A stretch of 64,000 bases of DNA from Pseudovirgaria hyperparasitica (taxonomy: Eukaryota), in NCBI GenBank assembly GCA_010093815.1, contig ML996596.1. One strand, written 5' to 3'. Within the stretch, counting starts at the first letter, position 1; every line of letters begins with the position of its first letter. This document shows positions 28,501-42,349 of this stretch, one piece after another. Made by a program: the position numbers and the translations under genes. The notes under the pieces are model-generated. The model ran no database searches, had not been told where the DNA came from, and worked only from the letters and a program-made list of their open reading frames with translations.

Positions 28501-30849
28501 AATCCGTCTATACCTAGCCTAGGCGGTAGTATTAGATCTAGTAACTAATATACTCCGTGGCGAAGGTAAGGTTAAGCGTGGACCCGTCTTCGTCCTATTT
28601 ATATTTTTTTTATATAACTTATTCTATAGGTGTAAGTAGGTATAGAAAGTCGTGGTAGCGGGTGCGTAGTTCCCTTACTCTAAGTTCTTCCCTAACTACG
28701 GCTAGGCCTCTCTACTATTAGTAGTAGAGGTTAAAGTCTCCTAGAAGGATATATTACCCTGGTTCCGTAGTACCCTCGAGCATCTCGTCTAGTGTAAGTA
28801 TACGTTATTAGTTATATATATTATATATATATAGGGGGCCTATATCTATTTATAGGTGTAGTGTTATCCTAAGGTTATCGCGCTCGGTATACGACCATAA
28901 TAAGAGTAGTATTAATCTATAAATATGGAAGAGGACTCGTCTTTCTAGTCCTAGAGGGTGTATAGTATAGTATCCGGGGTGTGTGGTTAGTTTACTCGTC
29001 TAGTAGTGTTTATAGAGTTCCTAGATGGCGAGTATTATGGCCCCGGTCTCTTCGAGGAGCGTCGCCTAGTTCTCTCTTTTATATTATACGTTTACCTATA
29101 TAATTCGGAGTATATTCTAGTCCCTTATTAGGTACTAGAGAGTATATATACCTACATGCTTATTCCTCGGAGGCGCGACTGTCCTCGCGCGGTAGCGGCT
29201 TTAACTATGCCTTTTAGTCGTCCCATCGTCTTTAGAATAATCTACTATCCCGCCTAACTACCTTCCGGAGGGGAGGTTAGGGGTATTATAAAGGAAGGGC
29301 CCGAGGTAGGTGTTATATTCTATAACTATCTCGCGCCTCTCGCTTTTATCGTGCGAATATATTCTATAATCTATTTGCGTTTTATGTACGTTAACGACCA
29401 CGACGGGTGTTTCCCGTTATAGTTTAAACACTATACTATGTCCCTATTTCTTAGCCCTTCTCCTCGCGGTTTATAAGGGCACTCCTAGGTAGCGTGGTCC
29501 CCACGGCACTATCCGCACTTGGTCTTCTATAAGTACCTTTATATAGTATGTCCATACCCTTAGTAGTTAAAGTACTATGTTATTACCTATGCCCTATCCC
29601 ATAGCTCGGCCATAAGAAGCTCTCCTTCTACTAGGAATCCCTCCTATATAATATGTTATACGAGGGCGGGGTCTCGGAGCTCTATAATTATAGTAGAGTG
29701 TTTTTTCGCCGTCGTCTTAATCGCCTATAGGTTCTTCTACCACGCTTTCACGATCTTAATCCCTAGGTATTTTCGCGTGTTAGATTATTCTATACGCGTA
29801 ATATCCTCCGCTCCGATAGCCTATCCCCGTATAGATACTAAGTATACCTATATCGGGTATGTGGCCGCCCTAATAGAGGCGCCTAGAAAGATACTACTAA
29901 TCGCGTTCGGATCGCGCGAGATAGTCTACTACGCGATGTTCGTTATCGTGGTAAGTACTACTCCTCCTAGCGTGAGTTTAGCGACAATAACATTTAACTA
30001 TATTCCCTTTTATTTATTAATCTTACTTACTATATCCTTTGGGGATGCTCGCTAGACCTATACTAGGGTGTCCTTATCCTAGATTATAACGTGTATACTA
30101 TACGCCGCGTCGCTAGTCCGGGGGGCCCGTGGTATAGCTTCTAGTATTACTACTATTTATACCTATATACTAGGGCGCTTACCTTAAGTAAGTTCCTCCT
30201 AGATTCTACGTAGGCTAGCCTCCATTTAGTTAAGCCTACCCTCCGGTCCTCCTAGTTATATCTTCTTCTTCTCCTCTATAATTCCCCTTAGGTTCCGGAT
30301 AAGGTTCTAGAATATATATAGAAGGGTCTTCTAGCCCTCTCCGGCTTCCTTCTCTACACGTGCTACCTAGTAGTTAATGCGATCTAGGAGGGTTTCCCCT
30401 CTCAGGGTCCCCTTTATTCCGCCTATCTATAGTAGCGTGCGCCTTTAGGTGTGTTCTACGTTTTAGATAGGTATATAGCTACCCTTAGTAATATCACTAT
30501 ATGGCCTTTTCTATCGTACTAGTGGGGGTATATCTAGTATATACCGGGGTATGTCGGTGCCTAAGGCCGCCATATTTATTAGTTAAGGGCTACCCTTAAC
30601 TAATAAAAGGGGGTCGGCGTATTAGCGTTCTAGTAGCGTGGTCCGTGCCTCTATCTCCGTGAGGATTTTAAGAGGGTGTGTATATATCTTTATACGGCGA
30701 TAACGTCTTGGTTTCAACGCTGCACGTACGTGCGTATAGTAGTAGTTAGTGTACTCGGTATACTCTATCGATTAAGGTGTGTATCTCGCTATATTACCTC
30801 GAATGGACCAAGTTAGCCTCTTAGGGATGTAAAAGAAGTTTTACTTAAA
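25564..30849 (-). mobile_element. Tad1-clade LINE (copy 2), full length, RIP-inactivated
   Basis: 17-bp TSD GTTAGTACGAAACTATA at 25547-25563 and 30850-30866. (TAA)n tail, ORF1 ATG at 30573(-), near-identity to copy 1 over ORF2. Confidence 0.96.
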
Positions 30850-33529
30850 GTTAGTACGAAACTATAGGAAGCGTAAGTTATACTAAGAAGTAAGTAGGAA
30901 TATATACTACCATACTAATATACCTATAGAATATTCGCCGTTAATAACTCCGATAAAGTAGTCTAAGCTATCTCTTATTATATAGAAGAGATACGGTTAC
31001 TTACTATAAGTATATTTAGGCTTACGCTAGACGACCTAATAAAGGAGTTCGGCTATACACCCACTCTATATCTAGCCTTTAGTATAAGTAGGTTATATAG
31101 GCTATAGGCCGGCTAGTTACTCGCGGTAGTTACTATGTTTAAGTAGCGGGCGGGTCCGTGGAAGTGCTAGATCTTAGTAGATAGTCTAGGGCTAGGGAAG
31201 ATAATCGTGCTTATAACGTTCATCCACCTTACGTTTTATTAGGACTTTCTACGCGATAATATAGAACTTAATCTAGGAAATTACCTATAACCGACTTAAG
31301 ACTCGGGTATAGATAGGAAGTGCCCGATATAATCTCTATATCCGATTAAATGTCCGTGTAGCTAGACCGATAATTTCGTCCATGTGCCCCGCCTTCGAGG
31401 ACCATTTATACTATACTATCTAAGGTCCCTTCTAATAGCGCATTGGCCGTAGCGCTTTAAATAGATATATAATGATACGGATAGTATGTTCACCGATTAA
31501 ATCGATAAACGGAACCCGATAAAGATAATAGTATAGCTAGCGTACTCGAAAACCCTTACCGACGCCCCTAGTATCCGATAATTCTCGCATATAGACCGAT
31601 AATACTTAGCTAAGAGATGCCTATACCCCGAATAGGAACACAGCGTCGATATTAGTAATACTACTAAATTCGAGACCGACGAGGAGTATATTATTAGAGC
31701 ATGGTCGATTCTAGTTAATAGGACCGCTACTACCGAATTTCCGTCGCGATACGCGAAGAACTATATAATCTATAGTACCGTCTAGAGTATAGAACCCTAA
31801 TATCTTAAATCTTTTAAGAGACGTATAGTTATAAGAGTAAAGAGGGCGAAATAATTTAGTACTAAAAACACTTAAACTCGCGAAGTGGCATTCCTCGGTA
31901 TATTAATAGTAAACGAGTTCTATTCCGTAAAGAACCCTAATATAAAACAGTATAAATATACGATATATAATACCCTTATATTTAGTATATAGATTAGTAT
32001 AACGCCCCTCTCGAATAGTCTAGTAGATATTCTAGCGGCTATCGAGGCAGGTACTCCGGATAAGTTACCCGACTACGTCGACGATAATACTACTAAAAGG
32101 GTATTCGAGAGCCTATAGAATAAAACTATAAGGAAGATTATTATAACGTGGTTAAATAAACTCCTTAGTTTAATAAAAGGTAAGCCGGCGGACACGATGG
32201 CCGCGATAGTCCGTAGGGCATTAGAAACTATAGAAGGTAAGCGCACACTACGTATGGTAGCCGATTAGTATTTACTATTTATCCTATAACGGGGACTACT
32301 AACTAAATAGTTTAACGGAGAGGCATGTCTATCCACGATATCAAAGCTAGTAGTAGAGTTTATATCCGTCCCGGCCATAGAACTAGAGAAGATAATTATA
32401 CGGTTATACGAGAATAGAGGTAGATAGTTTAATAATCTATAGTCTAACGGAACGCCGCGGGACTCGTAGATATAATCTACCGCCTAGAGTAAATCGAAAG
32501 GGGGTACCGGGTCCGGGCTTAACGCATACTACTATTAGGCTAGGCTAGCTACTACGTATATACTACTTATATACCTTACTAATAAAAAGATAGAAGATAA
32601 GTAAATTAATATTACGCTTACGCGTTGGAGGGATAGTAATAATAGTATACTAAGTAAGATAATTACTAATCCCGTACGCGAAGCGCTCCTATAGCTAGAT
32701 AAGACTATATAAAAGGAGATAGTATCGCTAGCTAATAAACACGCTTCGAAGGTAAACTAGATCCGTAACTTTATTAATAATAACGTTTATAATAAAAGTA
32801 CTAGACGTGCGCAACGAACATCCGCTAACCACCCGGAGAAAATCGTACTCGCATATACCGTACCGGTAAGCTTAATGTTCCTATACTTAGTAAGTGTTTA
32901 TACTACCTACTAGTAACGTAATTCACTAATATATATAGGTACTACGTCTATATACACAAGCGAAAATGTTAGTATATTTACCAGCCGGCCTAAGTACGTC
33001 CGAATTAAATAAGGTATATAGATTATTTAGGTCGACTAAGTCGGATTCTCCGTGTATTCTACTAGTATTAGCTTCGTAGGTCTACGAAGGATAAGACCTA
33101 ATAGTCGCCGGTTTTATAGTATTAGTAGACTAATGCTTACATAAGGAGACGTGGCCATAGACAAGCATAAGATATTATCACCATAGATAATATCAGCCTA
33201 TAGTATATACGTATACTTTGATTTTAGACTATTTAGAGGTTAAGGCTAGACTCGCCGCGTTAGATAAGGTAATCGAAAGCACGAGGACATAAGCCTTAGA
33301 CCTAGGAAAAGAAGATATAGCTACGGTAGAGATAGCCATACCTAACATACTAGTAATAGGCGTACGCTTTAATTCTATAGAGATATAGTAGTATAGAAGT
33401 AAGTAAGGTAGTTAGTTAATTAGCTTCTAAGAGACTAGATAGCATAGTAGTATAAATACGAACCGCTGTTTACTTATAATTATATATCTATATATATCTA
33501 TACGTGAAGAGAAATAAGATATTTATTCT

Positions 33530-34068
33530 ATACCGTTATATAGTAGGACGTTACTATATATGCTAGCATACAACGGAATATTCCGATATACGCCGGTATA
33601 TTATAGAATATTCCTAGATACTTAAAGTATAGTCGTAGTAAAAAGTAGTATTACTATTATATGCCGGTATATAGTAGAACGTTACTATATATGCCGGTAT
33701 ATAACGGGATCATGTTCCGACATACTATACGCCGCTAGTATATTATAGAATATTTCTAGATACTCGAAGTATAGTCGTAATATAAAGTAGTATCGCTATA
33801 CTATACCGGCATTTAGTAGGACGTTACTATATATACCGGCATATAACGGGATTAAACGTTTTCTTAACGTTCGATAGAATAATTCTAAAAGAACCGGGAC
33901 GGCTCTAGGAGAACTAGGACGACTCCGGGAGGACTAGGACGACTCTAGGAGGATTAGGATAACTCTAGAAGTACCGGGACGACTCTAGGAGGATTGGGAC
34001 AACTCTAGAAGTACCGGGACCCATTTGGGATAACTTTAGAAGTACCGGGAGACCTAGAAGCATTGGGA
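33530..34068. repeat. Subterminal repeat arrays: ~135-bp unit x3, then 20-bp unit (accgggacgactctaggagg) x~8
   Basis: acgttactatatat.c..g.ata.aacgg at ~33548, 33680 and 33820. 20-bp periodicity over 33885-34068. Confidence 0.85.
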
Positions 34069-34088
34069 GCGCCGTATCTTTCCTAATG

Positions 34089-37000
34089 TAGAATTTTAAC
34101 GCTATGTAAGAAACGCCTCTTAGTACTTAAGGCTATGAATTCCTTTTATCTAGGTCCTCTTTTATAGTTTCTTATCTCTATTTTTAAGGTTAGATATATT
34201 ATATTAAATTTCTCTTAAAGTTTACGGGTATTTCTAAGGTCTTCTTTATTATACTATTAGTTATAAATTAGACTATAGCCCTTTTCTTTAACTAGGTACT
34301 ATTTCTTCTTTATATTCTAATTCTAGTATTAGTTAAGAAACCTTTTAATTTTATAAGACGGATATTTATCTAGATTATCTTTAGTAAAAACGCTAGGTAG
34401 TTTATTAGTACTATAGTTACGTCTAAATAGATCCGTACTAGGCGGGTATAGTACTAGCTAGCTAACTAATACTACTAGGTGAATTTTTATACTCTCTAGA
34501 AGGTCGAGTTTATATATATTATTTCTAATATATTATAAAATTTTAAATAGACTAGTTCTCTAAATATCGAACTTTCTATTTACGTGTCTATATATACGGT
34601 AACCGTAGTATAATTATAGATATACTTTAGCTCCGGGTTTTAGACGAAGAGGCTTATACTTCTTATTATATTAGTACTTTATTATAACCGCTACGAAGCT
34701 AGTAGCTTTAGTAGCTATTTCTCTATTCTTTAAACGGAGTAATTTATAATCTTTAGAAGGTAATTCATATAGTATATCCGCGCTATCTTTAACTTTAAAA
34801 CTATATATTTACTTATTTAGAGATATGCTAGTGGTTTTATTCATAGCGTTATTTATAAAGCCTTATAGAAATAGTAAGTAGGTATTCTAATCTTTATTAG
34901 GATTCTTAGTAACTACGAAATAAATTCTAATCTCTATGGATTGGTTTATTCTCTCTACCTAGCCGTCTATTTATAGGCGATATACGGCGGACATTAGAAA
35001 TTTAACTCCTAGTATACTAAAGACCTTTTACTAGAAGGCTAAAAGCTATCTTATATCTCTATCTAAAATAATTTTAGCCGGAATTCCCTAATTATATTTA
35101 ACGAGGTTTAGTAGAATTAGACTAGCCTATTCTTTAGCGCCCTAGTTAGTACGTCCTAGAACGAGTAGTACTTATTTAGTAGCTTTATAGATAATAGACG
35201 CTAGAGTATTATAACTAGTTACTATTTTAGATAGAGTAGTAATAAGATCGAGGTATATAGTTCTAAATAGTATATACTAAGTTATAATAGAAGTAAAACT
35301 TCTATATAGCTATTACTAAGAGGTCCTCGCCTTATTATATTACTTATAATATTTAATATAGGCCTTAACTTCTTTCGAAAGATATTATATATAGAAAGAT
35401 ATAGATACTCTCTTATAGAGTCTATTCTCGCCTTAATAGAAACTATAATTATAAAGTACGTTAAAGATCTCGCTAAGAAGAGTATAGGGAATATATAGCC
35501 TCTTACGATCGTTACCACGATTAATATTATAAATTATACTATCCTTTATAAAGAATTTGAGTCTATTTAAAGGTTATGATTTCTCTTTTAGTAGTAATTC
35601 CCCTTTAGATAAGTTAATATATATTAGTACGTTCTTATCTCCTTATTAGAGAGTATCTTCTTTAATTAGTACTTTATATACTTTATTCTAAGTCTTATCT
35701 TCTTTATAAGCCTTTTATAGATAATTCTTAAATTTATCTACTATTTTAATTAGGACTACGTAATAGATATAGATATATTTAGTAATTGTTCCTTTATTAC
35801 TACTAATCGTAAAAGCCTATATAATCTTATCTAGTATATTACCTTCTACGGCTGGCGCCGTACTTATAAGTCTACTAAGAGCGTCTAGTATAATATAGTT
35901 TCTACTAGAGCGGTATTAAATATCGAGCTTATATTACGAGAGATATTAAGCTACTTAAATAAGATAGATATTCTTATAGTTAGCCGCTATACTAGAGAGC
36001 TTCGTCTAATAAGTAATAGCTGTTATTATAGTATAGTCCGTGAATATAATAAACTATACTAATAATTTAACGAAATATCGAAGCTTAGTTACTAACTAAA
36101 CTAGACCTACTATTTTAAGTTCTATAGGCTAATAGTTTCGTTTAGTTACTATAATAGCTTTACTAAGAAATAAGATTAGCTAAATTACTTCTCTTAGAAA
36201 TAACTCTACCTAGTATAGCTATAATATTCTTAGAGGGTTAAGTAGATTAAGATTAGTCTTATTAGAATCGACTAGATCGTTAACTAGAACTAATAATATT
36301 ACTAGATCTAGGTCCCTATAAACGTAGTATATAAAGACTCTAAAGCTATACTTCTTTAAAGCGTTAACGTCTAGAAATATATATCTTAATAGCTTATAGT
36401 AATAATAGAAGATTAGATTCTCCTATAATCCTTATATTACCTAAAATAATTTAATAAGCGCTTTAGTTTATAGAACTAGTCTTTTTAAGGCCTATACTTT
36501 TTACTAAGTCTTTTTATAAGGGGTATAGCGGAAGAGCTTAGTACTAGCTTTTAGTAGTAGTAAGACTAACTATATATAGTATAGTAACTATCCTCGTAGA
36601 TATCCCGCCATTTCTAGGTATTATTTAAGTACTATAGTATCTTTTAGAAACTATATTTCTTTTAGAGCTATAATTTATTCTATCTTTAAAGATAGTCTAA
36701 AGACGTTAACTCTTTTTCTAAGAATTATAGTACTTAGATACCCGATAAACATCTTAGTTACTATAAGAGATATATTAAAGTTTAATAGTATACTCTATAG
36801 CTACCGTAAATATTAAATATACTCTTCGAATATCTTAGAGAAAACTACTATATTATCTATATAGGCTTTTATCTATAGGAACTCTTATAGAAGATTATCG
36901 AGTTCCCGTTACATATGCTAGACTAAATTAATATAGTCTATAGTAAGAACTTTTAGGTATTCTTAACCCCTATAGATATTTACTATAAATTACTTATAAT

Positions 37001-40000
37001 CTTCTTCTCTTACTAGCTATTAGTAGAATATACTTATCGTATCTATTATTATAATATAGTAGTAATCTTAGCTAGCCTAGAGTATATTATCTATTCTTAT
37101 TAATAGGTAGAAATCTTTAACGGTAATTATATTAAGGCCTCTAATAATAATAACTACGCGTGGTTTCTATATTAGTCTATTTATCTTTAGATTATAGATC
37201 TCTCTCTAGATAATAAAAATAAAGGAGCTAAATTACGTAGGTTTCCAACTCTATACTATCTAATTATTATTATAGAGTACATTAAAGGTTTTATTAATTA
37301 CTTTACGGTTCTAAGGGCCGACGTTATATACTCTAGTATATAACTTCTTAAGTTCTTACTAGTCCTCCATAAGGATAAGCTTTACTTCCCTAGAGTTTAT
37401 AATGGATTTTTTATCTTACTATAACTCTATAAATTCTTTAATAAGCTCTTTATACTTTACTATCTTCTCTTCTCTACTATAGAGTATTATTCTATTTAGA
37501 AGATAAGTCTTAAGCTTTAGATTAATATTCGCGGCTTCTAAGGGAGGTAGTATTATAAGGTCTACGTTAGCTTTAGAGATTTAGTAACATTCTATAATAT
37601 CTAGTTTATAGATTTTACTAAGTACTATATTTCTTAGAATTATAAGTGTCTCGTTTCTATTATTCTTAATTATAATTCCTCTGCTACTAGAGTTAATAAC
37701 TACTATATAAATTACGGCTTATCGTTTCCCGGTAGCGGAGAGATACTCTTTTATAGATTTAAAAAGTATATTATAATTATTTAGAAGATTATATATATCT
37801 ATAAGAACTACGCCTCTTAAATTAGACTTAATAGATACTAAATATTACGCTTATACTATAATATTTAACTACTTCTTATATCTTAGGCGGATACTTATAG
37901 GAGCTACTATATTTTAACCGTATAGAAATATAATTATACGGTTTTAAACCTTAATGTCTATCTCTTCTAGACTAATAGTATCTATATCTATTAGTAGTTT
38001 TAGTACTAGGTTTTTAATAATACGTACTTCGCACTTAATAGTAACTATAATATTAGTTTCTTCTAAGGTAGTAGGTACTATAAGGGTTATTTTAATGGAT
38101 TTATTACTATTATAAACTTTATTACTAATATCTATAACTACTATTAGATGTATAAGCTTCGTGACGTACTTCTTATAATCCGCTAGTACTATAGCTAGCT
38201 AGTTTCTATTAATGAGACTTAGCTTTGCTCTAGTATCTATAATAATTTATTTAGACTCTATAGTACTATTTAGTATAATATTTATTATAATATAGTTCTA
38301 ATAATAAAAGCAATAGCCTTTAGTTTCTATCCGCTTTATAGTACTTTTAATAACTCTTAGTACTAGTAGAGGCGACGGAAACTTATCTACTATATATATA
38401 TAATCCACTAGTTTTTTTAGATACCTTTCTATAATATACTAATAAAGTTTATTATTAGAGGGATACTTCTATCTATAGACGTGATAGTTTCTTACTATAG
38501 TCTTTTTACTCTTCTAGGGTTTCTTAAGCGATAGTACTAGTAGAGTCTTAACTTCCTTAGTTCTTATAAAGAAAACTCTAGCTAACTTCTTATAAGGTTC
38601 CTTATCTAACTAGCTCTTCTTAGCTTACTCTTAAGCTTAGCCGCCTATATTATTATCTAGTAAGTCTTTCTTATTCTATAAACCTTCTTAATTAAGAAAT
38701 TCCGTAGGTACTATATTATAATAGACGCGTTATAGCTTTATATATAGTTACCTCTTAACTTATATAGAAGTTATTATTATCTTTTTAAAGCTCTTTAGCT
38801 AATACTTACTATTCCCTTTATATAGGTAATAGTCTATATTATATAGGCGACGGTCTCTTCCTTAATATTAGTTTTAACTACGCTCTTTACTAGACCTTTA
38901 CTTATTTATCTAGAAAGATATAACTTAGATAGTTTTCTTACTTTCTTTTATTATCTAGTACTTATTAGGGCGGTCCTTTTATCTACCGTTACTAGTATAT
39001 TACATTCTACGGCTATAAAAGTAGTTATTATTTCTAACTTCTTTTTCTTTCTAAGAATAGTAGTTTAACTAATACTATTCTTATAATATTCTACTAGAAG
39101 GGGAGTTAAACTTACTCTACTTATAGAGTTCTCGCTAGGTCTATAACTTCTATTTAAGCTATTTATAAAAGGTATCTAGATCTATATTTAATTCTAGCTT
39201 CTCTATACTTACTCTAAATCTTAGGTTAAGCTTATTCTATGCTTAAGCTATTATAAGTACTTCCGACTTTAAGTTAGCTTCTTTATATACTCTAAGTACC
39301 TTTATAATATAGTCGGTTATACTCTAGCCTCTATATAGATTCTCTAGGCTATAAGTTATACCTTAGAGTCTTTTTAGGGCGGCACTTAGGGGCGTAGAGA
39401 ATCTCTTTTTAAGTTTCTTAATCTAGCGCTTAAGCCTATCTCCGCTAGTTAGACTTAACTTTATAGCGTCGCTTAATTAAGAGCTATACTAAATTTATAC
39501 CGTGCCTCTAAGATACTTATAGAGATTATAATAAATAATTTTCGTAGGGTATATCTACTAATAGTTTCTTATTATATTAATAAACGGCTAAATAGATCTA
39601 TAATAGACTTTTCTATTCTTATTATAAACATCTTCTATCCTTAAAGAATCTATACTTAGATTAAAGAATCTAATATCCTCTATTCTAAACTTCGTGTCTC
39701 TTAGATTTACGCTATTATTATCTTTATAGTCTCTAGTTTCCGTAGTTCTCTAGCGATAATATAGGGGTATATATAATCTATAATAGTAACTACGAGCTCT
39801 ATTATTATCTCTCTATAAATTATTATCTAAGCCTTTACTTAGATTATTATTATTTCTTAAAACTCTTACTATAGACTAAGCTTACCTATAGAAGTCGTTT
39901 CTAGATAGATAGTCTCTAGAAATTTCTTTATCTCTCTCTAGAGGCCTTTCTTAAGAGAGCGCAACTTAGCTAGTTCTATCTTATTCTACTAGTGGATTTA

Positions 40001-41831
40001 CTCTTTTATAATTATTAAGTACTACTATTACTATTATTATAATTTATATAATTATTTCTACGCTTAGTATATTTAGCTAAGCTTACTAAGCTATAATAGA
40101 AACTAGAATTAGAGTCGTTAGGATTAGAGACTTAAGGCTTTAGAGCGTTCTAACCTACTCTCTACTTCTCTTAGCTTCTTAGCTTAAGCTTTCTCTTTAG
40201 TAAGGATTCTCTAGTACTATTATTATCTTATAAGAATTAGAGGTCTCTAATCTTATAGATTTATTATAAAACTTAAAGTCTTATAATCTTATAGATCTTT
40301 TCCTTAGTATAGTAGAAACTTTAATTAATAATAAAGGGGATAAGAAAGGTAAGTTAACTTCTCTTAGCTATATAAAGTTTTAGAAGTTACTAAAATATTT
40401 AGATTAACGGAAGTTTATAGCTAGCCTTTTAACTTTTATAGCTTTAGTAGTTATAAGATATATTCTATAATCTTTATTTATAATATAGTTCTAGTTAGAA
40501 GAGTATTTATCTTTCTAAGGCTATTTACCTCTAGACTATAAATAATTTTAGTTTCTTAAGACTTCTAGGTATATATAGATAATACCTCGAAGTAAGATAA
40601 GGGTATAGAGGTTTAATTTATATAGTATACTATCTTTAAAGTAATAAATAAGTTAATAAGCTATTTTAATAACTTACTCTAATAGCTTAGAAATTAGTTT
40701 CTTCTATAATACTAGTAAGAGAGCTAGTATATCTTATATATTTCTAAGTATACCGAGAATTTCGGCCGTAGAAGGCGCGGACGTAAGCTTCTCTAGTATA
40801 CTTATATAATTAGAAATATTTAGTAGTAACCTACTCTAGTCTTAGTAGCTTATAGAAACTAAGGCTTTATATACTAATTATCTCGTCTATTTAGTACTAA
40901 TCTATTTCTATAAAGTAGGGTTCGACTAGTACTAAGTATAACTAGTTATAGTATAGTATTATATTCCTTACTTAATAAGGACTAGGGAATTATAGAGAGC
41001 TCGATTCTTTTAATATATAACTTATTTAGAAATACTAGTACTTATACTACGTTTCTATAATACTCTAGAATAAGTCTTATAGAAATTAGTATAGTTAGAA
41101 TAAGATAAGTCCTTTAAAGTAGATACTTATTTCTATTTTCCTCTAGTAGTAAATCCTTTATTTACCGTTCCTATAGCTCCTTTCTTAGAACTTCTTTTAT
41201 AATTTAATACTCTTATAAGTCTTAATAATAGTAATAGTAATAAATATTACCTAGTACCTAGTATTCTCTTATCCTTACTAATTATCTTACTATTTTTATA
41301 AACTTCTTTTACTAAATTTTATAGAAGTATCTTTCGTTTACTAAGTTAGAGTATTAATATCTTTTAATTTGGTTTTAGAGAACTAGTACGTTAGAGCGTT
41401 AGTATCTTATATTTAACTAGTACTACCTTTCTTTTAAAATTGGCTAGCTAGTGATATACTTTTAGCTACTAAGATGTTATAGATAGTAATATTATATCTT
41501 AGTTAAGTATTAAATTAATTACTAGCTACTTTATAGAATCTACGGCTATCTATATCGGACCTTTAGTCCGTAGTTCTTACCGTTATTTATCTTCTTATTA
41601 CTTTCCGTAATAGTTAGACTATCTACTATTTAGTTCTTAGTATTTATATATATTAGACTAAGGTAGCCTACGGCCGGTAGACTATAAGTAGCCTTAAATT
41701 CAAGGCTACTTTCCTAGAGTTCTAAAGGTATTAGTATTATAGAGTAGAGTCTTTTAGAGTATAGTATTACGGAGTAGAGTCTTAGAAAGAGACTATATCA
41801 CGTGATATATATACGGTCTTAGGCTATAACT
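34089..41831 (-). mobile_element. Ty3/Gypsy LTR retrotransposon, heavily RIP'd, 3' LTR missing
   Basis: Minus-strand order: protease IDT(R>G)A ~38225-38246, RT AYID(N>D)IVVF ~36841-36866, RNase H, integrase DG(Q)VER ~34952-34970. Candidate 5' LTR at 41475-41831 bounded by TGTTATAG...CTATAAC. Confidence 0.88.
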
Positions 41832-42349
41832 AAACTAGAGTATCGTAAGTTCTTAGTAATATATCTAAAACATTATTCCTTATATATAAGTAGATAGCTA
41901 ATAGATAGTCTTTATCTATTATAGAGAGGGAATAGTAGCTAATAAGAAAATTCTCTACCGTCGGTAGAATACTATATAATATTATTACTAGTAGAATAAT
42001 AGAGTAATAATAGAAATATATTCTATTTACTACGACTAAAGGTAGCGCTAGTATTAATCTAGGGCTTATATTATATAGTATAAAGGTATCTCTCTACAAC
42101 CTTACCTTTAGCTACTACTATTACTACTTTATACTAGGAAGGCCCTTATTATTAAAATAATAAAGTAAGTTACCTCTTCTATTATAACTTTATTTCTATA
42201 CCTTCGATACCCTACTCTACTCTCTTACTATAGCTTAGTATAGTAAAGCTATAGCTTAGTATAGTAAAAATTTTTTACCTCTAATTTTCTTAATCTTAAA
42301 GTAACTTCTCCTCTACTCTTACACGGCTAATATTAAGTTATAGGCCCTT

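Larger units (their letters stand above)
22900..33400 (+). pseudogene. SNF2-family (SF2) helicase/ATPase with N-terminal 78-aa tandem repeats, split by LINE-2
   Basis: Motif I ILVDSLGLGKI (= ILAD.xGLGKT) at 31171-31203; motif II LIV(N>D)EF(Y>H)SVKNP at 31903-31938; motif III S.TPLSN at ~31996-32016. The frame continues across the LINE-2 TSD (..DNDVSTKL|..). Start and end are approximate. Confidence 0.75.
1..34088. mobile_element. Putative giant Plavaka (CACTA-like) DNA transposon with helicase cargo; left end outside the window
   Basis: Transposase and cargo ORFs share a similar RIP level and an intergenic motif. Subterminal repeats precede a right terminus that reads CATTAGGAAAG on the minus strand and abuts a Gypsy lacking its 3' LTR. 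Confidence 0.6.

Noticed and set aside
15871..34068. CRISPR-like appearance of the repeat arrays
   Set aside because: Head-to-tail tandem units without unique spacers, in a eukaryotic RIP'd context with no cas genes.
1..34088. Starship assignment
   Set aside because: No tyrosine-recombinase captain is recognisable in the window. One upstream cannot be excluded.
17000..34095. Helitron interpretation (SF1 helicase plus terminal hairpin followed by TAG)
   Set aside because: The helicase motifs are Upf1-like rather than Pif1-like, no HUH Rep motifs were seen, and the hairpin-to-CTRR spacing does not fit. A DDE transposase is present.
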